Origin: Porphyridium purpureum
Lineage: Eukaryota
Reading direction: 5' to 3'
Assembly: GCA_008690995.1 (NCBI GenBank)
Contig: VRMN01000019.1
Coordinates: 186,001 to 237,986 of the forward strand
DNA: 51,986 nucleotides
Shown one piece after another: positions 9,725 through 18,237 of the stretch. How positions within the stretch are numbered: the stretch's first letter is position 1; each line of letters starts with the position of its first letter. The notes under the pieces were generated by a model. It saw only the letters and a program-made list of their open reading frames with translations, was not told the DNA's origin and ran no database searches. The position numbers were made by a program, and so were the translations under genes.

Positions 9725-11548
9725 TCATTCAGTGAGTGCCTTCAGTGTGCGAAGGTACACAGCCATACTGACCAATTTGCCTTCAGGCAAGTATTCGGTT
9801 TGCAATCTCTTTTTGATCTTCTCGATCGGGAAGTCCTCCCCAAGAAACTCCGATATCGTGTCGATTGCATACTCCATCTCGAGAAAGATGTCTTCCATGA
9901 TCTCACAATTCACGATGAACGCCGACTTCCATTTCCTCACTACTTCCCTATCAAAGACTCGAACGGTCGGTAGGTCGAGCAAGGATGCATCGTTCGAAGC
10001 GATCAGGTCCAGGTCACCGATATCCCAGACTCTCACAGTTGTGTCCTTGCCACACGACACGATCCGCTTTTCGTCGGCGGAGAACCCCACTGAACTGACC
10101 ACATTCTCGTGCCCGGCAATAATACATAGCAGCAAGCCGTTCTGAGCGTTCCATAATTTTATGGTCTTGTCATTGCCTCCGGACAAGATGTACTTTCCAT
10201 CTTTTGTAAAGCACACCGAGGAGACACCGTATTCATGCCCTTCACGTGACCACACGCGTACGCCCGTTTCCACGTGCCACAAATTGAGCGTATCGTCCCA
10301 GCCGCCTGAGAGGATGAACTGACCGTCGGGCGAGAATTGCACCGACATTATTCCAGCGACATGTCCCTCCAATATTTGAACGCACTCGCCGGTCTCTACT
10401 TCCCAGATTTTGACCGTCTTGTCCTGGCTGCCCGATGCAATGTACTTACAATCAGGCGAAAAATGGACGCAATTTATCCACGCGGTGTGTCCGAGAATGG
10501 TTCGCAAGCACGCAAAGCTCTGTGCGTCCCAAATCTTCACGGTTTTATCTTGGCTCCCCGACGCGATGTATTTGCCGTCAGGGGAGAATCGCACCGCTTC
10601 CACCCAATTTCTGTGCTCAGCCAGTGTGCTCACGCACGTGCCATTCGATGCATCCCATACCTTGACAGTTGTATCCCAGCTGGCAGACGCTATCCATTTT
10701 CCGTCTGGTGACACGCAGATCGACCTCATCCACTTGGTGTGCCCTCCCATCTTGCGCACGCACCTGCCTGTGCGCGCGTTCCAAATCCTAATCTTTTTGT
10801 TGTCACCACCAGACACAATGTACTTACTATTCGAGGCGAAGCTCGCGTCCCGCACCCACCTTGTGTGTCCCGTCAGTTTGAGCACGCACGCGCCGCTGTC
10901 CACACTGAATACCTTGACGGTCACATACTTGGGCCTCGATGATTCGTCTTCTTTTTCCACACTGAAGGTGTTACCCACGGGGACGATCTCATTGCTGCGC
11001 ATGATGTCCCTGTTGCTATCATTTCCTATGTCACCGCCCGCGTTTTCCTGATCATTGCCTGCAGGCTCATGGTTGATGCCCATCTCAACACTGCTGACGT
11101 TCTCAATGCTCCGTGCATGATCGATGTCGCCCGCGTCATCGCGATTGCTAGCTTTGTCATTACTCCACAAGGTGTCAACTTTTGCATCAGTGTCATCGCC
11201 GCTCGCATGGCCATGGCTGCTTGCGCTCATACTTTCACCGGCGATATCGTTGGTCCTTATGCTGTCATCAGTGCTCGCCACGTCAACATGGCTGGTGCTG
11301 TCTTTGTTCTCCAAATCGTTATTTTCTTCTATGCTGTTCGAACTGCCCACGCTGTCATTGAAAGACAAACGCTCCGTCTCGTGCGGACGTGAAATCCCCG
11401 ACATCATTCGGGGATACACGCCAGTCAGCGCATTCCACGCCTTGGTCCTGTTTCCCCAGCTGGCCGACGCGATCCACGTGCCCCGGGACACGAAGCGCAC
11501 ATGGTACAACGTGGCAGCAAGTCTCCGTAGCGTCTGCACCGCCACCAT
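9725..11548 (-). CDS. WD40 array gene 3: degenerate N-terminal repeat, acidic linker, seven WD40 repeats, ~95-aa helical C-terminal domain
   Basis: GTWIASASWGNRTKAWNALTG (degenerate blade), D/S/N-rich linker, 7 repeats from GHTRWVRDASF to VRVWDIGDL. ATG at 11548. Confidence 0.87.
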   Translation of the reverse strand: MVAVQTLRRLAATLYHVRFVSRGTWIASASWGNRTKAWNALTGVYPRMMSGISRPHETERLSFNDSVGSSNSIEENNDLENKDSTSHVDVASTDDSIRTNDIAGESMSASSHGHASGDDTDAKVDTLWSNDKASNRDDAGDIDHARSIENVSSVEMGINHEPAGNDQENAGGDIGNDSNRDIMRSNEIVPVGNTFSVEKEDESSRPKYVTVKVFSVDSGACVLKLTGHTRWVRDASFASNSKYIVSGGDNKKIRIWNARTGRCVRKMGGHTKWMRSICVSPDGKWIASASWDTTVKVWDASNGTCVSTLAEHRNWVEAVRFSPDGKYIASGSQDKTVKIWDAQSFACLRTILGHTAWINCVHFSPDCKYIASGSQDKTVKIWEVETGECVQILEGHVAGIMSVQFSPDGQFILSGGWDDTLNLWHVETGVRVWSREGHEYGVSSVCFTKDGKYILSGGNDKTIKLWNAQNGLLLCIIAGHENVVSSVGFSADEKRIVSCGKDTTVRVWDIGDLDLIASNDASLLDLPTVRVFDREVVRKWKSAFIVNCEIMEDIFLEMEYAIDTISEFLGEDFPIEKIKKRLQTEYLPEGKLVSMAVYLRTLKALTE

Positions 11549-11899
11549 GTCGTGATTCGCGTAGCACACAAGCACTTCTTCTTACTGTGCCCCCTCGCTT
11601 GCGCCGCGTCGCACGCATCCCCTTCGCCTTTCTCCAATCCACGAATACCACGGCGGGCGACGGCTCAGAGGCGCGGCGTGGAGAGAAGCAGAGCGAAACG
11701 AGATCACCAGCGCTGCGCTGCCGCGTGTTCCTGCAGCCTTTCATCCATCACACAGCCACCGCGCCGGCTCCTTGGCTGTCGAAGCTCCGATGCACCGCCC
11801 AGTGCGCAAAGTTCCTAATAAAAAAGACGTGTTTTAGTATACAAGTTGATTGACTTGAGGGTTCCTTCCCTCATCGCCCGCGGCACGCGCAGCGTCCTG

Positions 11900-12570
11900 G
11901 ACTGGAGAGACGGCAAATCCATCCGGTGCAAAGGGCTTCATCTGAGCGCTTCCACAGCTTGCAAGCACGCAGAGCTACTGATCGGTCCCTTTCTTCTACT
12001 CTGTCCAACGCGCCGTTGGTAGCGCAAGCGCATCGCAAGTCGCAGACAAGAAACGTGCTTGCGGACTACATGCGAGCCAGAACAGATGCGCGGCTGGATT
12101 GATGGCAAGTTGGTAGCCTTGGTGGAACTTGCAGATCTTGTCAAACAACGCGTTCTACACTGCGACCACTACCTGCGGCTATGAATGACGGCCGCCTCGT
12201 TTTGTCTAAAGACAGAGGCGCCCAGGCAAGTCACCACGTGAGCCATTGAAAATTCTACCTGTCAGAATCTTGCCAACGTGGTTTCCATGTGAACCCTGTC
12301 AAGCCTGCATGCCTCTGCGTGCTCCAAGTAAAGAGCGCTGACTTGTCTTAATGCCTACCAGCAATGTCTTGCGTGTCCAAAGCCGCACGACAGACAGCAA
12401 TGACCAGCTATTCTCTTCTGGAAGGACAGCTGTCCAGGCCAGCTCTGGAGTTCACCTTGTGTGCAAATACACTCAGAGCAAGTGCGACCGCCTTTCAAGC
12501 TCTCGCTCTTCATGAAATGGCATGTGCTATCCCGGCTCCCCGATGCCAAGCGCCGGCTGCCGCGTCCTGA
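11900..12570 (-). pseudogene. Highly decayed WD40-repeat gene remnant
   Basis: Frameshifted fragments RRLASGSRDSTCH, SVVRLW, FIAAGSG..SV and KLWKR on the same strand as the flanking WD40 genes. Confidence 0.45.
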
Positions 12571-12584
12571 CTGTGAAGAGGTTC

Positions 12585-12607
12585 AAAAAAAAAAAAAAAA
12601 AAAAAAA
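12585..12607 (+). repeat. A23 homopolymer (poly-U on the sense strand, 4 nt after the gene 4 stop)
   Basis: Read directly from the sequence. Confidence 0.9.
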
Positions 12608-12611
12608 GGCG

Positions 12612-13949
12612 TCAGGCAATGTGAGTGTCTGCCCGACCCAGTCGAGCCACAAGCCTTGGCAAGGTCGAAAACGCGACTGCCAATATACCCGTCGTTCCGC
12701 TTGTCAATGTACGCGTGCGATTCAGTGCTCTGAAGCCTTGCATTTTCGACGCAATGCTTCGCGCTCTGGAATGGAATTGTCTGCTCCATGCGCCACCAAT
12801 GGTTCCAGGACGGGGTACAAAGGTATGCATGTGCGTATGCAACATATGATCCCGCTCTGACGTTCCTGGTGCGGCGACGTCCTCGCGCCTGCGCGTTTGC
12901 ATGATGTGTCCAAGAAGCAGTCCCGTTAAAGGCGACCCTACTCTACTGGTGGTACCGGAACTTGTGCCCTCGCTGATGTCTTCGGCGTTTTCACTCGTAT
13001 CCTCTTGCGCCGATGACTCCAGGGGCTCTTCGGTGACATCTTGAATGTCCCACACTCTCACAAACGAGTCTCCTGCGGCGGACGCGAGATACCGACCGTC
13101 GCGCGAAAAGCTCAAGCCCCAAATCTGGGCCGAATGCCCTTCCAAGACGCGCACGCATTTGCCTGTCCGCGGGTTCCATAATCGAATGGTATCGTCCCAG
13201 CTTCCGGACGCGAGCAACCGGCCGCTTGGAGAATAGCATACTGTATTCACGCACGCGGTGTGCCCCGGAAGCGAGTTTATGAGCGTGCCCGACCACGCGT
13301 CCCACAGGCGCACAGAGTTTTTCTTCCCGCCGGAGGACGCGAGTTTGTGCGCATCGCCGACCGCGCACGCAATCTGCAAGCCATCGGCAGAGAAGCATGC
13401 CGAATTCACGCGATCCCACTCGGGGATGGTGCGCACACACACCCCAGCCAGCACGTCCCATTTCCGAATGGTTCCATCGCGGCTGGCTGAAAGGATGAAC
13501 TGCCCTTCCGGCGAAAATTGCACCGACAACACGTTGTCGGTGTGTCCCTGGAGGACGCGCACGCACTTGCCTGTCAACACATCCCACACCTTGATGGTTT
13601 CGTCATTGCTCGCCGTCACGAGATAAACACCATCGTCCGAGAAATTCAAGGCATTGATATGTGAGGCGTGTGCTTTGATCAGTCGCACACACCGTCCTTT
13701 CTTCACATCCCAAAACTGCACGGAGCGGTCTCGACTGGATGTGACGAGCAACCGTCCGCCCGGCGAATACTTGACGGAAAACACGTAACCCCTGTGCCCT
13801 TCCAATGTGCTTAAGCATTTTCCTGTCTGTGCATCCCATATCTTGACCGTCAAATCCCAGCTGGCAGACGCAATATACTTTCCATCTGGCGAGAAATCGA
13901 CCGCAGACACCGAGTCGATGTGTCCGTCCAGCTTCAGAATCGACGCCAT
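12612..13949 (-). CDS. WD40 array gene 4: seven WD40 repeats + acidic linker + basic/hydrophobic C-terminal tail
   Basis: MASILKLDGHIDSVSAVDFSPDG...; 7 repeats; the tail ends GILAVAFSTLPRLVARLGR. Confidence 0.88.
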   Translation of the reverse strand: MASILKLDGHIDSVSAVDFSPDGKYIASASWDLTVKIWDAQTGKCLSTLEGHRGYVFSVKYSPGGRLLVTSSRDRSVQFWDVKKGRCVRLIKAHASHINALNFSDDGVYLVTASNDETIKVWDVLTGKCVRVLQGHTDNVLSVQFSPEGQFILSASRDGTIRKWDVLAGVCVRTIPEWDRVNSACFSADGLQIACAVGDAHKLASSGGKKNSVRLWDAWSGTLINSLPGHTACVNTVCYSPSGRLLASGSWDDTIRLWNPRTGKCVRVLEGHSAQIWGLSFSRDGRYLASAAGDSFVRVWDIQDVTEEPLESSAQEDTSENAEDISEGTSSGTTSRVGSPLTGLLLGHIMQTRRREDVAAPGTSERDHMLHTHMHTFVPRPGTIGGAWSRQFHSRARSIASKMQGFRALNRTRTLTSGTTGILAVAFSTLPRLVARLGRADTHIA

Positions 13950-14697
13950 GCCAACTGATTTCACGCAAACTTCTGCAAACCTGGCAAGCGCTTCTTGTCG
14001 AACACACAAAGACGTCTCATACGCGCCACGCGCATGATCCAACGCACGCTAAACACGCCCCGAAATCGCTCTCTCCGCATCCACACTCAACACATCCCGC
14101 GCGCTTGCCCCGCGACCCACGCGTTCTCGCGCTGCCCGCGAGCGCGTCGGTCACCGCATTACATTCCAATTCTACATTACAATTGTTCTAAAATAGGCAT
14201 TCTGTATTATGCGGTACCTCGAATAACTGTACCTCTAGCATTCCCCCAAACCTCAATGACTTTGCATTACACGTTTCTAATAAAACAACAAACATTAATA
14301 TACAAACATTCTTGCATTACAAAGTCATGCAACATTGCATTCGATGTGTTTGAACTGTACCTTGAGTGATGTGCTTCGCGCACTACCGCATTGCAGAATT
14401 ATATTAAAAATGGCGTTTTGATTGGTATAGTTTTGTACATTACAAAGGAATGCGGATGGACACGCACAGATTGCGTCCGAGCAGTGCACGAGGGAACGAG
14501 AGAGAGAGAGCGTGCTGCATTTTGACGGCGCGCCGGGATCCGTGAAGGGCCATGATGTCGATCACAGCGATTGCCACGCGGTGCCAAGTCAGTTTGATAC
14601 AGATTCCGAAAAAGAAACGCCACGACAAGGCCCGAAACAGGTCACGCCGCAGAACACTTCTGCTCGGCATATTGGTTTTGGATGCAGTTGAACCTCA

Positions 14698-16062
14698 TCA
14701 TGTTCTACCACTTGCAGCACCGGCGAGTGTAAATGGCAGATGGTACGGCAACAGCGACAGAGCGGTTGCGACTGTGCCGAGAGCAAAGGTCCTCGAGGTG
14801 AAACGCGCGCGACTTGCTTTCTGATGAACGAGAGAAAGCTGCGAGCGAATGGATCCCGTACACTTGGCGAAGGACGAATAGAGGCCCGCGCTCACTTCTG
14901 CTGCGCGCAAACGGGTCATGCGCGCAGGCGCGTCAAGCGCCTGAATACGTGGCCGAAGTATCTTGATCACGCTCTGCAGGTGATGGTCCGCGCGTTGGTT
15001 TCCCGCAAAACACGAATGCCCGCCAGCGATCCTGCAAGCGATGTCGCTGTCGGGTGTCATGCCAGTAGTGCCGCCCGTGTCCAGGCTCGCGTCCGGGCTC
15101 GCGTCCTGGCTCGCATCCGGGACAGATTCGCTACTGGTCGTATTCGGGCTCGCGGGGCGTTCCTTCTTCGGCTTTACAAAGTCCACGTCTTTGATCTCCC
15201 ACACTTTCATCGTCCTATCTTCGCTTCCCGTCGCAAGATACTGTCCGTTGTTTGAAAATTGCACGGTACACACCGTGTCTTTATGAGCCTTAATGTTGCG
15301 CACACACGTTCTCCTGCGCAAGCTCCACACGCGCACCGTCTCGTCCCTACTACCCGATGCGAGCTGAGATCCATCGGCTGAAAAGTGCAATGCCAAGACT
15401 GCGTCGCGATGATCTTGGATCGTTCGCACGAGCTCACCTGTTCGAGCATCATGCAGATTAATCGTGTTGTCGTCGCTGCCGGACGCAATGAATTGCCCAT
15501 CCGGTGAGAATACCACCGCATTCACCACGTCGGTGTGGCCCTCGAGTGTGCGCACGCACTTGCCTGTTTCCGCATCCCACAGTTTGACCGTACGATCAGT
15601 GCTTCCGGACGCAATTTGCGTGCCGTCTGCCGAGACGCACACTGAATTCACTTGATATATATGTTTCGCAAAAGTCCGGATACAATCGCCCGTCGACACG
15701 TCCCACATTCGAACCGAAGAATCCCTAGCTCCAGACACAAGGTACTTGCCATCGGGCGAAAACCGCACCGATCGCACTTTTCCAGTGTGTCCCTTGAGCA
15801 CATGCACGCACTCACCGGTTTCCGCGTTCAACAGCACGACATTCAAGCCGCCCGCAGCTGCCACAAGGAAGCCTTCAGGCGCCATATGCACTGAGCTTAT
15901 CATTTCCGCCATCCTCATCACCTGATCGCAGTGGCGCGAGCGGATGTTCCACAACCTCAATGCTCCATCGCTGCTGCCGGACACCAGGAACCTGCCATCG
16001 CTCGAGAACGACGCCGAACACACCCATCCGCGATGCCCCAAGAACGTCAACTTGGCCGCCAT
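14698..16062 (-). CDS. WD40 array gene 5: seven WD40 repeats + linker + tail homologous to that of gene 4
   Basis: MAAKLTFLGHRGWVCSASFSSDG...; 7 repeats (the 2nd degenerate); the tail ends ALGTVATALSLLPYHLPF. Confidence 0.88.
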   Translation of the reverse strand: MAAKLTFLGHRGWVCSASFSSDGRFLVSGSSDGALRLWNIRSRHCDQVMRMAEMISSVHMAPEGFLVAAAGGLNVVLLNAETGECVHVLKGHTGKVRSVRFSPDGKYLVSGARDSSVRMWDVSTGDCIRTFAKHIYQVNSVCVSADGTQIASGSTDRTVKLWDAETGKCVRTLEGHTDVVNAVVFSPDGQFIASGSDDNTINLHDARTGELVRTIQDHRDAVLALHFSADGSQLASGSRDETVRVWSLRRRTCVRNIKAHKDTVCTVQFSNNGQYLATGSEDRTMKVWEIKDVDFVKPKKERPASPNTTSSESVPDASQDASPDASLDTGGTTGMTPDSDIACRIAGGHSCFAGNQRADHHLQSVIKILRPRIQALDAPARMTRLRAAEVSAGLYSSFAKCTGSIRSQLSLVHQKASRARFTSRTFALGTVATALSLLPYHLPFTLAGAASGRT

Positions 16063-16980
16063 CCTTCTTCGGACACAGGAACGCACACGTAATCGCACGT
16101 TTTTCTCCAGCCGCAGCTGCAAGAGCAGCGGCTCAGCCTGCAAGTCTGTCCGTCTTTGCTCGTCGACGTCTTCTCGAGCCCCGTGTGGTTGTCTTTCCCC
16201 TTCTCGTCTGCCGATGCGGATCTTTGTTGAAAGCCTCGGACGGTGATCACAGCCTCATTTGAAGGTGGCGTTGGCGCGGTTGCCGCGGACGTGCGCGCTG
16301 TTCAGCCGCAAGCTTGCGCCCACAGCCTATCGAATTGAGAGTCGCGCGGAGACGTTTGACCTTTATTCACGGAGCCCGAAGCCCGGACGACGCATGTGAG
16401 ATTAAAGTCTGGACTCGTCTTTCGATACAGGAGGTTCGGTACGTAGAACGCCACTCGTTCGGCGCGCGCAAGACAAGGCTATTGATTAGCAAGGACGGGT
16501 GCGACTCAATATCGCACAGCTCACAGCTGCGTTGTTTTGCCTTTGCGTTTGCGTCGCGGGCGGTAAAGCAGTGGTTAACCGGCAGGGAAAATGTCCAACA
16601 GCAAACCTTCTCGAGAATCGTGAGAACGCCCTTCGCGCGCAATCTTAGCAGCAATGAATTTCCGAGCACCCCCGACATAAACACCTTGCCGCAGACGACG
16701 CAGTTCTGCACTTGGATGCAAGAAGCACGCTATCCATGATGATCACGCGTTCGATCCTCGGCGCATCCTCCGCAATCGGCGTTCACAAGCGCGAGCACGA
16801 TTTGGCTCGTTAGTCTCGCGAAGCGAAACGAGCTCGTGCAGACCGAGCGCACATTGTCTTTTCTTCTGCCAAGAGAGCTGCCCCCGGCAAACCTCATCCG
16901 CGCAAACAGAGTCTTGTTCCGTCGAGACTTTTTGCGAGCGGATGTGCTGCGATGCAGTCATTTCTGAATGAGAATGACGC

Positions 16981-17928
16981 CTACAGAATACCCAGCGTGT
17001 GCTCAAATGCTTGCGTAACCTTGCTGCACACATTAGCTGCGGACAACGGGAAATTACCGATTGAGATCTCCTCGTCAGTGCCCCACTCGAGGTCTACCTT
17101 GCCGTGCGCTATCGCACCCACCACGTACAAGACCGATGACACAGTCGAGCCTTCGGCCGACGCCTCACTGGAAACACGGTGTGCGTGCGACAGCGTGTCG
17201 ATGACATTGTCTGTGTTGTATGTCATGAGCACTTTTCGACAGCCCACAGGCAAGTGACTCGTGACCGGATTGCGAATCACCTTGAGCAACGGGTCGGCCG
17301 CGTTGGTCGCGCGCACTTTAAGCTTCTGCAGCAACTCCACAATGAGCCCGGAAAAGCGTTTCATGGTGCGCGGCAGGCGTGTGTCTGGGTGAATGTCAAT
17401 GAGCACATTTTTGCGCGTGCGCACAAAAACTTTCAGCCGCCCCGCCTTGTTGAGCGGCGAATCAAACAGCGCCAGCAGACACTGATGCGTGATATCTGGC
17501 CGACAGTCTGCCAAGTCCCGCCCAGACTTCCGTGCAAGATTCTGATGGTCATCCGCGTTCAATAATTGATACCCACCTTCACGGCCGACTTTGACGACCT
17601 CCAGATTCGCCTGTTCCAACAAGACATACACTTTAAACGCCTTCGGCACGTCGGGCTTGACACGCAACTGCGCGACCACATTGTGATCCGCCGCCAATCT
17701 CGGCGTCTCCACACCCTGAAGCCCATCTCCCGCCTTTCCATTTCCATTTACACCCACACGGGCCTGCGCATCCTGCACGACGGCCTGTTCACCATCATCT
17801 CGCTCAGCTGACCCGTCTTCCTCTTTCAAGCCGGCAGCCTGCGCGTACAAAGCCGCGTTGGCCGCCTGCAAACGCCGCCTCTTCTCACGACGTTCCGCTA
17901 CCGCATCTTTCGAGTCATGCTTTCCCAT
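16981..17928 (-). CDS. EMG1: 18S rRNA pseudouridine N1-methyltransferase Nep1/EMG1 (SPOUT)
   Basis: VLLEQANLE, YQLLNADDH, RPDITHQCLLALFDSPLNKAGRL, RLPRTMKRFSGL, VVGAIAHG, PLSAANVCSK. ATG at 17928. Confidence 0.95.
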   Translation of the reverse strand: MGKHDSKDAVAERREKRRRLQAANAALYAQAAGLKEEDGSAERDDGEQAVVQDAQARVGVNGNGKAGDGLQGVETPRLAADHNVVAQLRVKPDVPKAFKVYVLLEQANLEVVKVGREGGYQLLNADDHQNLARKSGRDLADCRPDITHQCLLALFDSPLNKAGRLKVFVRTRKNVLIDIHPDTRLPRTMKRFSGLIVELLQKLKVRATNAADPLLKVIRNPVTSHLPVGCRKVLMTYNTDNVIDTLSHAHRVSSEASAEGSTVSSVLYVVGAIAHGKVDLEWGTDEEISIGNFPLSAANVCSKVTQAFEHTLGIL

Positions 17929-18106
17929 AATGAGACCGTTCAGAGGCAACGCTAGATCGGCGCAGATGTTGCGCGCCAAACCACACACAGACTCCTGTCC
18001 TTCGTCTTTGTCTTCTTCTTCTCCTTCTTCTTCTTCTCCTTCTGCGGCTGCTTGTCTCGCTGCCGCACGCGCCCGTGCGCCGCGACGAATCGAAACCGGG
18101 AAACCG

Positions 18107-18212
18107 TTAGGGTTTGTGCGAAACCCTACCCTAATTTAGCATATCAAATCAGGCTGATTTGTTGTGATGCTGATGCTCCATTTTTTCGGCGGTTTATCGG
18201 CGAAACGGTTTC
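18107..18212. promoter_or_regulatory. EMG1 upstream region: inverted telo-box pair and CGGTTTATCGGC motif
   Basis: TAGGGTTT (18108-18115), gtgcg, AAACCCTA (18121-18128); CGGTTTATCGGC at 18190-18201, identical to 610-621. Confidence 0.55.
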
Positions 18213-18237
18213 TGCTTGGTTTCCTTTTCTTCGTCTT

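Noticed and set aside
5186..16062. Calling the WD40 genes NLR/HNWD receptors
   Set aside because: None has a NACHT/NB-ARC P-loop or an effector domain; only the repeat type is similar.
16260..16980. Cys-containing ORFs between WD40 gene 5 and EMG1
   Set aside because: They show no coherent domain pattern and have no good ATG; probably UTR or promoter sequence.
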